Source: an uncultured Gammaproteobacteria bacterium
GTDB taxonomy: Bacteria > Patescibacteriota > Microgenomatia > Woykebacterales > RBG-16-39-9b
Direction: 5' to 3'
Assembly (NCBI GenBank): GCA_964360785.1
Contig: CAYHXX010000003.1
Location: 22,911-86,910, forward strand
DNA length: 64,000 nucleotides
The position numbers were made by a program, and so were the translations under genes. The stretch's first letter is position 1, and every line of letters starts with the position of its first letter. Below the pieces are notes generated by a model that saw nothing but the letters and a program-made list of their open reading frames with translations, did not search any database and was not told where the DNA came from. Below, one piece after another: positions 40,601 through 47,843 of the stretch.

Positions 40601-42194
40601 CATCAGTAAGCAATAGATCGGTATCGGCGTTATCAATTGCGATTCCGACATCCAAACCATTACCACCAGCAGCCGCTGCTTGTTGAATAAACAAACCTTG
40701 GGTAGCGAAGTCGGAAGCATTTGGAGTCGCAATCAGTGAAATTACATTAACAGTACCCGCAAGATCTGAGGTCATAGCAATATTTTCTGTTCCGGCGAGA
40801 GTGAAGTTGGTATCGGTATTAAAGGTAGGAGTTCCGTTAACCGTAATAGTATCGCCGGTAGCGTTTCCAATTCCGATTGTTGTTGAGTTTACAGTTAAGG
40901 CTGTACCGTCATCGACGGTCAGTGTACCAGAAGAAAAACTGTCAGAAGTATCGCTTCGCAAGAATGAAAGAGAGTCAATTCCGTCCAAGCTGTCAGAGTT
41001 GAGAGCGTAACTTGAAGAAGCGATTCTTTGACGAGGAGCTGCTTCAGCATCAGCACCAATTTTTACCCCCAAGTAGAGCGCTGAGTTATCTGCAAAAAGG
41101 GTTGAGGGGATAGCGGTGTCGGCTTGTCCAGTATCGCCAAGTTGTACTGAAAAGATACCGTTTGCATCTGGTGTGACCGACCAAGTTTTGGATTCCCAAA
41201 GACAGGTGTTGGCACAAGGGTCTCCTGTGTCCCCACTGGTAGAGGTGTAAATTCGAAAAACGATGTTGGTAGCAATTGTGGTTGGGTTACCGCTTAGGTC
41301 AGTCAACCTTCCTTGGAAGGAAAGAATTCGGGGTGGGGTCGCAGCAAGGACTAGACCATCTTGGATCTCATTTTTGAGGTTGGTGATATCAAGGGGTTTG
41401 GGAGCAAAGAAACCCTCAAAAAGCAGTAATCCAACGACCAAAATCGCCCCAGTGCTGGCTGCCCAGTTGACGTAGTCGCTCATTGGGTGTCCTCGATAGG
41501 CGTGCCACCATCGGGGTTTGCTAAACTTAATTCGTTGCCAGAAATGCCCAACATTTGCAAGGACGGGCCTTGTAATGGTGACGGGGTTGGTTTCGTAGAC
41601 AATATCTTCCTTGTGGAGGTTAAAGAATGATTTCAAACTATAAAGTTGACTTTGGATTGTGCTCTCTGTTGTTCCCTTTGATCGCAAGTAAGATATATAT
41701 CTTTCTATATCATTGTGACTCACTTTGTCGATATTCTTCTGTGATAAAGTTTCCGCGCCACTCTGATTTGGTTTTAACCAAGCGAAGAATGAAGCTACTC
41801 CTGCGGTATAAAGCTTGGTTGTGCTCGAGGCTGCCCCCTCGGATTTAATATGTTCGGAGTAAACTTCAATCGGTGAAGAAAGGGTATTGTCTGATATCTT
41901 TTGAGGTATTTGAGTAATAGTAACTAGGTTATAACCTTTGGAGTTTAGCCAACTGCAAAATGATTTGAGACTGTAACCAAATCTCCGCAGCGTTGACTCT
42001 GAAAACTGTCCCCCTAGAGTTGCAACGGCTTGGTTTAGAGAATCCTGCCCGATCTCCAAATCTGCCGGAAGTTTCTCAAGAATTGTCTTCAAATCAGAGG
42101 TGTAGTTCTTGATTGTTGAACGCGAAGAATTAGTTGAAGATAAGTAATCTATGAAAGATGGTAGAAGACTGTGTAGTTCTTTTGAAGTTAGCAT
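34662..42194 (-). CDS. 2510-aa surface fibre-like protein: two integrase N-terminal (SAM-like) domains, TM, beta-rich repeats, LamG-like domain, autochaperone-like and terminal domains
   Basis: FIDYL...STIKNYTSDLK...STLRRFGYSLKSFCSWL and STTKLY...IERYISYL...STIQSQLYSLKSFF; TM ~aa 245-263; LSFQGRLTD; LamG-like ISMWFK...DDQWHFL...VYIDG...WDGSIDDF; GADLAEYY...GDYLTSS; no R-H-R-Y catalytic domain. Confidence 0.85.
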   Translation of the reverse strand: MLTSKELHSLLPSFIDYLSSTNSSRSTIKNYTSDLKTILEKLPADLEIGQDSLNQAVATLGGQFSESTLRRFGYSLKSFCSWLNSKGYNLVTITQIPQKISDNTLSSPIEVYSEHIKSEGAASSTTKLYTAGVASFFAWLKPNQSGAETLSQKNIDKVSHNDIERYISYLRSKGTTESTIQSQLYSLKSFFNLHKEDIVYETNPVTITRPVLANVGHFWQRIKFSKPRWWHAYRGHPMSDYVNWAASTGAILVVGLLLFEGFFAPKPLDITNLKNEIQDGLVLAATPPRILSFQGRLTDLSGNPTTIATNIVFRIYTSTSGDTGDPCANTCLWESKTWSVTPDANGIFSVQLGDTGQADTAIPSTLFADNSALYLGVKIGADAEAAPRQRIASSSYALNSDSLDGIDSLSFLRSDTSDSFSSGTLTVDDGTALTVNSTTIGIGNATGDTITVNGTPTFNTDTNFTLAGTENIAMTSDLAGTVNVISLIATPNASDFATQGLFIQQAAAAGGNGLDVGIAIDNADTDLLLTDAISITNTGAFGNGYSNFLNTPTIDITGAGAITGATALTSSGAITFSSMITDANAVLYTTTGGVVTRVVETETGSQCLLSGAGASGVPVWGACPGGFSGEVDDTTNDSLTFTTADASAPSAVRSIYASSTNDLMINVTDGGLINLRENDATEYSFSDTTLDFNANTITDVGDITATGAITIASAGAGNDVIINGADILDVQDATTFASTVLINGTGAVGGAGVLDVNTTSATDDVRGIDNSFTSTDNNGGGSYGVYNSWTSSTAFASVFSPQNDYGIYNTVSKTGIDTAGGAVVFNLYGIYSSASNTSTGTGTRNTYGGYFDATGDTNGTTTAIGLYLADVSGANTNVALCFDCDGAWASSTVAAGIQFGTDTNLVTLYRSASDTLKTDDNFVIGGTTGLTFTGASGDITFTNGEKVENDTDGFIKFIGNTAAGNGTLLFSAGQSIFQAIGNVNNSSATCPIALFGGCVGIYSQPIVNINSPTGIAFGISGTVKVDDSTGGAITLQDGVALEAADLIKGTADVITNAYGVHIDNITAGGTKNIGLCFDCLDGTFSSTTVSAGIQWGTDANSVNLYRNGSLNLTSNATTLSFASAALTVSSCTGCGGGGGTLQQTYDAGAAGDQLITLDATQDSIVITNPTSAGTSSAFTLQINQNNTTAAVLGLDLVQASNAANGINLTANAIDGETALAITTNGLTSGKGITVSSSAIAFTGSLTELVLSGSNAANTGSLLKLSNTGTANTNTSLYVDHRATGTGNMALRIDDVASDTTPFIIDGDGRVGVGTISITGSTERLLQIGSPTNRGNASVYGEIVSQGYSDITALTGIKDIYVYDTTADSDGGRWIDWATTDQLSWYNETLDDGPSDPCVIATDDRCYAKAFPRKAILIVTTDSLYIFDAATNDMWMKFSQNAAGWALGADTNNDPSSVTALNGVIYVGAKGTASGGLYAFDFVNDRMWNYDATDRAGADVGISGRNGAVTYASDAKTALQLDPVGTSAEWMNINDVAAVSVNSSLSAITIGGTTNVIPGQGLSFVALATDSGVTIINLAAQKLLQYSDVLADNYEAVALTKSGKMYALNSTTDQAEKWDAIDSDKTSEVAGTYTSRWTSAVGPALAVGAVAIQTDAPDALEVVERGSLAQDNMDLIYVGHSLGLTEIHDNATVTNGWSKFYNTTRQTMLMPNAIDAALPLDETSGTLAQDASFNNTDMSYKGTFTLGASGVRGKGVTLGGAGYLCSDANADATCDNDASFNSTTTAFNISMWFKHSTTAPAAPQVLYEKCYNTTPAAVVGCVVAYMTTTGTIVGAIDATTTFTQFTTYDITSTSSLAYNDDQWHFLLLARDNVGDLNVYIDGQILNSTNATPQAGTVDAASQVTSIGASCAGAANCATGANFWDGSIDDFTFSSGATTVSQLLSAPARRLYNDARPLVAKRVITVTDATTVSSSTIGDSGETWIPNEFSGMIVTLTGGTGVGQTRRVVSNTTTTLTVSSNFATTPDTTTDFEVDPEALYGASDTVTAVGVTAESPLGEARQMCIGTNDTADGGGVTCYNHQAGPNLIADLFHSNSAQTDDYAVEWTGTNYDDIRSIDLSGRALLIGTEAHIYAETRDVRLGQGLDYLANQLFNIRGELIQDGIILTGSQGLEVGFTGGADLAEYYYSDIGLDAGTLVSVDTDKTGEFITATDKPYQNEMLGIVSTEPGLTLGQNKPGGHPVALSGRVPLRVTTNNGADPIKAGDYLTSSGIPGVAMKAKKAGFVIGMALEDFPPRPGLGVEGGQENSSENPVATGSATLQGSENQAKTSDEPTEDGKVLVFVNRTWFVPSPEQILETTTATTVTLDQNGDLIAPLSAGAKFVWENSTGQAVAWVSDTGEALFSKVTALVGDFGKLVFGEAVVKKEAKTAGEAIFAADATEVFIESDKVTEESLINLTASTKTNGLSLYIKEKKVGEGFVVALERSSGDQPDQATASATTAIKFTWFILNQQ

Positions 42195-42261
42195 GGGCAG
42201 GTATGCTAATAATTCGATCTAAATCGTATAACTTCTTGATGATTCAGGAAGTTATACATAA

Positions 42262-42291
42262 ATTTTAGTTCAGAAAAGGTAGTATTGTCAA
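42262..42291 (-). promoter_or_regulatory. sigma70-like promoter of the 2510-aa gene
   Basis: Minus strand TTGACA-18 nt-TAAAAT. Confidence 0.55.
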
Positions 42292-42389
42292 GCATGATTG
42301 AGTAAGAAAGTTACTGTATTTAGCTTGAAGCTATGCTAGGTTTGACACCGAAGAAAAGAGGAATGAAATTAACAAGTCGAATTTGCTTG

Positions 42390-42420
42390 GTATTTCAAAC
42401 AGTTATACTGTTTGAAATAC
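42390..42420. promoter_or_regulatory. Perfect 14-bp inverted repeat (operator or recombination-site-like)
   Basis: GTATTTCAAACAGT-tat-ACTGTTTGAAATAC in a divergent intergenic region. Confidence 0.6.
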
Positions 42421-42464
42421 ATGGTACTAGAGTTATTTTTCACTTTGTGATAAATTGTTAGCCT

Positions 42465-43430
42465 ATGTTTAACAAAAATCTAAAGGTTGTGGTTGCAGGT
42501 CTTTTAGTTGCGGTTTTGACAGTTGTTCCCTTTATTATCAAACCAACTAAAGTTGAGTCGGCGACCGCACTAAAAATAGTCGCTCTAGGTGATTCAATAA
42601 CAGGATTGGGTGGATTTATTACAAAGTACAAAAACTACTTAATTGGTGATTTAAAGAACTATAGTACTGTTACCAATCTGGGAGTAAATAATTCAACCAG
42701 TTCTGATCTGGTGCAATCAATAACAAACAACCAAACTGTTCGAAGTAGTGTAGCGAGTGCAGACTTGGTAACTGTTGAAATCGGAATTAATGACTTCTTT
42801 CAGGCCAGGGGTAGATATTTATACGGTGTTTGCGGCGGAGTAGATAATCAAGACTGTTTGCGAAGTACGGTAACTAATTTTGAGATAAATTGGAATACAA
42901 TAATTGGCCAAGTAAAAGGTTTAACTGATTCGAGCACAGCCATCAGGGCTCTTGATATTTATTACTCAGTAGTTGTTGCAGATCAAGGTACTGGGTCGCC
43001 GGAAAATAGTACTTTTGTTGTACTCAACTCTTATCTTGAACAGATGAACGCTCATATCCACGCTTCGGCTGTTGCCAACTCTATACCAGTTGCACAGGTA
43101 CATCGTGCTTTTAACGGTCTCACAGGAGCCGAGGATCCTATCGCCAAGGGTTATATTCTTCTTGATGCAGTACATCCGACCGATCTGGGTTCACGGGTTA
43201 TTGCCACGGAACTTCGAGTACTTGGGTATGCACCATTAAAGCAACCCTGTCCGGATGTAAATGGTGATACCAGGATAAACTCGACTGATCAATTGATAGT
43301 CGCTCAGAGGTTTGGGGCAACTATCGGTACATCAAAATACCTTGAGTCGGCGGATGTAAATGGTGATGGGAAAATAAACTCAGGTGATATGTTGATAATC
43401 GCCCAACAGTTTAACAAAAAATGCCTTTAA
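42465..43430 (+). CDS. Secreted SGNH/GDSL hydrolase with C-terminal dockerin-like EF-hand pair
   Basis: GDSIT, NLGV, GIND, DAVHP; DVNGDTRINSTD and DVNGDGKINSGD. Confidence 0.85.
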   Translation: MFNKNLKVVVAGLLVAVLTVVPFIIKPTKVESATALKIVALGDSITGLGGFITKYKNYLIGDLKNYSTVTNLGVNNSTSSDLVQSITNNQTVRSSVASADLVTVEIGINDFFQARGRYLYGVCGGVDNQDCLRSTVTNFEINWNTIIGQVKGLTDSSTAIRALDIYYSVVVADQGTGSPENSTFVVLNSYLEQMNAHIHASAVANSIPVAQVHRAFNGLTGAEDPIAKGYILLDAVHPTDLGSRVIATELRVLGYAPLKQPCPDVNGDTRINSTDQLIVAQRFGATIGTSKYLESADVNGDGKINSGDMLIIAQQFNKKCL

Positions 43431-43501
43431 TCTATACATTGAATAAATGTAAGTATTATTAGAGGTTGTTATTTGAAACCACAGGATGTAAATTAGAGTT
43501 A

Positions 43502-44497
43502 ATGGTTTTAATTAAAATTGTTCATAGACACTTTCTAATAAAGGGTTTTTTAGTCAGCTTTTTTATACTATTATCGATGACAGTTTTAACCCTTTTAGCG
43601 GTTAAAGCTTCAGCAAACAACCCTCTAAAAGTTACAGCCCTTGGAGATTCTATTACATCCCTTGGTGGTTTTATCAGTATCTATAATAGATATGTAACCA
43701 CAGATTTGAAGTATGTGACCCAAACTAACAATTTGGGTGTTGCTGGTTGGACTTCAGGTGCATTAGCCAATGCCTTAACCGATAACTCAACTATGCGTAC
43801 TTCGATTGTGGATTCCAAAATCGTTCTGGTTGAAATCGGAATTAATGACTTCTTCAACTACAGAGGTGCTTATCAAAGCGGTACTTGTGGTGGTGTAGAT
43901 AATCAGGATTGTTTACGGTCCATGGTGGCTAATTTTAAAACTAATTGGGACAGAATTTTTACCCAAATTAATACACTAGTTGATCCGACAAAAACTGCAA
44001 TCAGAACTCAAGACATTTACTATTCAGTCGCAGCGGCAGACCAGCTTCCAACTGCCCCTTACAACAACTCTTTTCCAGTTCTAAATTTTTACCTGCAGCA
44101 GATGAATGCTTATATCCATTCTTCTTCACAGGTACGTAATATTCCAGTGGCTAATGTTCATCTAGCTTACAACGGGATAAACGGTGACGAAAATCCGGCT
44201 GCCAAGGGTTATCTTTTACCTGACGCGATCCATCCAACCACTTTGGGATCTACAGTTATTGCCGACGAACTGCGTAAACTTGGTTATGCACCGTTGACAC
44301 TGGTTTGTGCTGACGTGAACGGTGATGGGAAAGTCAATTCTACAGACATGTTGTTAGTTTATAAGAACTTTAACACTAACAGTAGTCAGACTAACTTTAA
44401 TCCCACCTATGACGTGAATGGTGATGGTAAAGTCAACTCAATTGATATATTGCTTATGTCGCAACAGTTTAACCGTCGTTGTGTTATTTCTCCTTAA
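43502..44497 (+). CDS. Secreted SGNH/GDSL hydrolase with dockerin-like domain (tandem paralog)
   Basis: GDSIT, GIND, DAIHP, DVNGDGKVNS twice; ATG 43502 follows TAAATT. Confidence 0.85.
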   Translation: MVLIKIVHRHFLIKGFLVSFFILLSMTVLTLLAVKASANNPLKVTALGDSITSLGGFISIYNRYVTTDLKYVTQTNNLGVAGWTSGALANALTDNSTMRTSIVDSKIVLVEIGINDFFNYRGAYQSGTCGGVDNQDCLRSMVANFKTNWDRIFTQINTLVDPTKTAIRTQDIYYSVAAADQLPTAPYNNSFPVLNFYLQQMNAYIHSSSQVRNIPVANVHLAYNGINGDENPAAKGYLLPDAIHPTTLGSTVIADELRKLGYAPLTLVCADVNGDGKVNSTDMLLVYKNFNTNSSQTNFNPTYDVNGDGKVNSIDILLMSQQFNRRCVISP

Positions 44498-44505
44498 TAT
44501 CTCTT

Positions 44506-44650
44506 CAATACTCAATCTCTGATCCTTGTGTTTTACAGTGGTATAGAAAGCAAGACTTTACTGCTGTTTTCTGTAGTGGAGGAGACAATAGTAGCAATAG
44601 GTTTTCTCGGCTGTGAACGTCAGCACAGGGCGTTAGAATAGAGTAGATTG
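44506..44650 (+). ncRNA. Candidate structured RNA (long G-U-rich imperfect hairpin)
   Basis: Nested pairings 44524-32/44622-30, 44533-39/44610-16, 44545-51/44601-07, 44558-68/44587-97. Confidence 0.35.
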
Positions 44651-44737
44651 GGATAAATTAAGATACCGCTAAATTCAAGCTACTGTATTTAAACGCTGAA
44701 ATTATTCTAGGGAGGTGTTGGGAAGTAAAGAGATGTA

Positions 44738-45703
44738 CTATGCTTGCTTTTGCGCTTTAGCTACGATCCAGTGGTTGTATCTCTTGATTGCAAAGATTAG
44801 GACTGCAAGTACAATTGCAATGACGATCAAAGCGATTAGTAAAGTCATCCAAGGGATGATCCAAAAGTTTGTCTTGGAAGTAGTAGTTTGTGCTGGATCG
44901 CCATAAGAAAGTGTTACAGTGGCTGTGTAGTAGCCAAGTTTGAAGCCAGGGTCTTTCCAACTACTGTCAAAGATACGGCTGGAACCAGGCAAGACATTAG
45001 AGGCGAGTTGGTTGACGTCTAGACCAGCGACTGTACCGCCAAAAACATTTTTGACCTCAATTACACCTTTGGGTTGGACATGAACGTTGCCAGTATTTTC
45101 AACAGTTGTAGAAAATTTTACTTCTGCCTTATCATAAGTGTCTTTATCAGCGCTGAAATCAGTGATTTTTGCAGCTTCCTTCGCATCTCCAGCAACTCTT
45201 ACCAAAACTAAAGAACCAACTTTTGAAGTAAGTCCGATTCCCGTACCTTCTGTTGGTACTACTGGTTCTGTTGAAAATAGTATTCCGGCGTAATGACCAC
45301 CTGGCTCAGCATCCTCTGGAACAGAAATATTGAAGTTCAAGGCTTCTGATTTTCCAGGTTCAATCGTAATTTTATCCTTCGAGACCAAGATCCACTTAGC
45401 CAAAGAGTAGGTACCATTTTCCTCGCCCTCTTTTAGAAATACGGGGGTCCCACTTTTATTATCAGATTTGAAATCAAGTGCTTGAGGGAAATAGGTTTGT
45501 ACTTGGGAACCAACGTTCTTAATTTTTATAATATCTTGTTGGACGCTTCCGGGTTTTATTGTGTACTCATAGAGAGGCGAGCTAACCTCAATCCCGATAG
45601 ACTTATTATCTGCAGATTGTTGAGCTAAAATTGGAGAAACCAAAAATAAAGGGGCGGTTGAAGCAATTAAAGCAGCTTTTTTAACTAAGGACAGTTTATT
45701 CAT
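44738..45703 (-). CDS. DUF916/DUF3324-like (WxL-interacting-type) membrane-anchored protein
   Basis: Signal peptide; IKPG...IKIKN...ITIEPG...FNISVPEDAEPGGHYAGI; VENTGNVH; C-terminal TM and basic tail. Confidence 0.65.
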   Translation of the reverse strand: MNKLSLVKKAALIASTAPLFLVSPILAQQSADNKSIGIEVSSPLYEYTIKPGSVQQDIIKIKNVGSQVQTYFPQALDFKSDNKSGTPVFLKEGEENGTYSLAKWILVSKDKITIEPGKSEALNFNISVPEDAEPGGHYAGILFSTEPVVPTEGTGIGLTSKVGSLVLVRVAGDAKEAAKITDFSADKDTYDKAEVKFSTTVENTGNVHVQPKGVIEVKNVFGGTVAGLDVNQLASNVLPGSSRIFDSSWKDPGFKLGYYTATVTLSYGDPAQTTTSKTNFWIIPWMTLLIALIVIAIVLAVLIFAIKRYNHWIVAKAQKQA

Positions 45704-45729
45704 TCTATCTATCTAGTATAACTAACTAA

Positions 45730-46809
45730 TTAAAAAGTTCCAGTCGTAATGTGAGTTACGATATGACTATAACTCCCAGCCTCAGTGGTTGAGATTATGC
45801 TGGCTGAGTGACAAATTGTAGTCGTTTCGTCTACCGGACCACCGTGATCAGCGTACCTTTTAGCAGTACCAATAATTGGGCTGGCAATTTCTGAAATATC
45901 AGTGCCGTCTACTTCACAAGCACCATCCCAGACTAGAATATCTTGCGCACCAACGTTTGTGCTAGACGTTGAGGCACCATATTCTTCTGCAACACCCGTA
46001 TCAGTTACAGTGCCATCGCTAACATCGGAAATTGTTAGAGCGCCGGTTCTTAAGTCACCATCTTCTAGCATTGTTGAGGCGTACCCCGAAGCCGCGTTGG
46101 TGGCTACTTGGTTTGTATAAGAACAAGAATCAACAATAGTTGAAGTAATAGCTGGAGTAATTGTACAGGGGGCACCGGTTATTGTTGAAGTAATTGTTGG
46201 GTCTATAGTTGCTGAAACGGTAACTTGGTCAGTAGTTAATATTGGAACAGCGAAACTGCCAGTATCGCCGAAGGTTCCGCCGATCGAGATAGTTTTACTA
46301 AGATTTGTTCCGGGGTTTGTAATTTGGCTGTCACCTGTACCACCGGTAGGGCCGGCATTTGTACCAATTTCCACGGTTATAACTACACCAGCTGCTTCTG
46401 AAGTATAGCTACCACAAGCAGTTAAGGTTATTACGTCAGTGCCACTGATAGAAGTAAGTTCAATAGAGTCTGTAGCTCCACAGCCGGCAGCGGCAACAAT
46501 TGCCTCTTCGGTTGGACCAACCACTATGTCAAAATCTTTTGGATCGGCTGTTGATAGAGTAGTTGTATCAAAACCATCATCAAGGTCAATTGTTATCGTT
46601 TCGCCGGCCACAAATTGTGTAGTAGCCGTTTGATCAAAAGTTATCGTGTGATTCGAAGCTACAGAAATTGTTTGTCGGGTCATTGTATCCGACATTGCCG
46701 TCAAGTTACCAGCGCCAACGGATTTAGAAAAGAGCGGGTAAACTGCTGCAACAATTATGAGAGCAGTAAGTAAAATTCGGATAGCTTTATTTGATATAGC
46801 AGTAATCAT
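45730..46809 (-). CDS. Secreted beta-rich surface protein, WxL/pilin-like C-terminus
   Basis: Signal peptide; ends AGSYSHIVTHITTGTF. Confidence 0.6.
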   Translation of the reverse strand: MITAISNKAIRILLTALIIVAAVYPLFSKSVGAGNLTAMSDTMTRQTISVASNHTITFDQTATTQFVAGETITIDLDDGFDTTTLSTADPKDFDIVVGPTEEAIVAAAGCGATDSIELTSISGTDVITLTACGSYTSEAAGVVITVEIGTNAGPTGGTGDSQITNPGTNLSKTISIGGTFGDTGSFAVPILTTDQVTVSATIDPTITSTITGAPCTITPAITSTIVDSCSYTNQVATNAASGYASTMLEDGDLRTGALTISDVSDGTVTDTGVAEEYGASTSSTNVGAQDILVWDGACEVDGTDISEIASPIIGTAKRYADHGGPVDETTTICHSASIISTTEAGSYSHIVTHITTGTF

Positions 46810-46854
46810 CTATGTAGATTTATTATCTATTAGTAAAATTTTACTGTCAAGTAA

Positions 46855-47574
46855 TTAAAAAGCTCCGGTAGTTACGAAAGTCACTATTTGACGATAGGTT
46901 CCTGCTGCAGTCGAGCCAGCGATAGTCGCTGCGTAACAAATAGTCGTGCTTTCAGCTGTAAAAGTTGGACCGGTTGCGTTGGCAACTGACTGTGGAGTGG
47001 TGGTTAGACCAGAAGCTAAATGTGTACCTGAACCACAGGTAGAATCTTGAGTAATTTGTTGACCCGATTCCGAAGTTGCAATACCGTATTCTTCATCTGC
47101 TCCACCAGTTTCAACTTCACCGTCAGTCACATCCGCGATATCATTGGTAGCGTTACAGGGAAGGGGGATACGACAAAAGTTGCCATCTTCATAAACTCTT
47201 GATGTGTAACCCCCAACATTTGTAGTGACTGAAATTGTGTGACTAGTGGTATTAACAGCCGAAGTAGTCAGGGTATTGAGGTTAATGGTGTTCGCACTTA
47301 GAGTAACTATTACTTTAGGTACCTCAGCAATCACACACTGGAAGCCGCTACAGTTTCGGTAGTTACTTGAAATGCCGATCCCCGGAGCAAAGCCACCACC
47401 AGTATCAGTCAGGCGGTAGTTGTCTGAGGTTTTGGCCCCACCAAAGATTCCAAACTCACCCTCGAGTTTGTAGGTACCTGAACTAGAGGGAAAAGCCTCA
47501 ACAACTGATGTTAAACTGAGAAAACAGGTGAGTAGCAAAAGGTAGGTTAGAATATATTTGGCAGAGAGTTGCAT
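46855..47574 (-). CDS. Secreted surface protein sharing its C-terminal domain with 45730-46809
   Basis: Shared TN..GY...EDG...I.DV.DG.V...EEYG...TTIC; ends AGTYRQIVTFVTTGAF. Confidence 0.6.
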   Translation of the reverse strand: MQLSAKYILTYLLLLTCFLSLTSVVEAFPSSSGTYKLEGEFGIFGGAKTSDNYRLTDTGGGFAPGIGISSNYRNCSGFQCVIAEVPKVIVTLSANTINLNTLTTSAVNTTSHTISVTTNVGGYTSRVYEDGNFCRIPLPCNATNDIADVTDGEVETGGADEEYGIATSESGQQITQDSTCGSGTHLASGLTTTPQSVANATGPTFTAESTTICYAATIAGSTAAGTYRQIVTFVTTGAF

Positions 47575-47632
47575 CTATTACTATTCTATAAGTTAAAGAT
47601 AGAAACTTCAATTTTCCTAGTTACTTTTTAGA

Positions 47633-47825
47633 AAAGTAGCCAAAATTTGCGCCTGGCTGCGTGAGCTAAAGAAATTAAAGGCGCTCAAGCAAAACTGGTA
47701 AACTCGTCCCGATAAATCGAGACTCAAACAAACCAGTTTGTGCTAGGTCGCTTTGTTTAACTTCTTTTTGACGCTTACTCGCATGGCGCTGAAAATAAAC
47801 TTCGTTGATTAAAATGAGCTACTTT
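47633..47825. repeat. About 190-bp foldback element (MITE-like or structured RNA)
   Basis: AAAGTAGC/GCTACTTT ends; GCGCC/GGCGC; AAACTGGT/ACCAGTTT; inner GTCCCGAT-AA-ATCGAGAC. Confidence 0.55.
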
Positions 47826-47843
47826 AGTAGAATCAACGCAATT

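Noticed and set aside
34662-42194. Prophage or active integrase
   Set aside because: No catalytic recombinase domain and no capsid, terminase or portal genes; the proteins are TM-anchored.
47575-47843. T-box riboswitch upstream of leuS
   Set aside because: No GGTGGNACCGCG T-box motif, and the promoter lies about 10 nt from the ATG.
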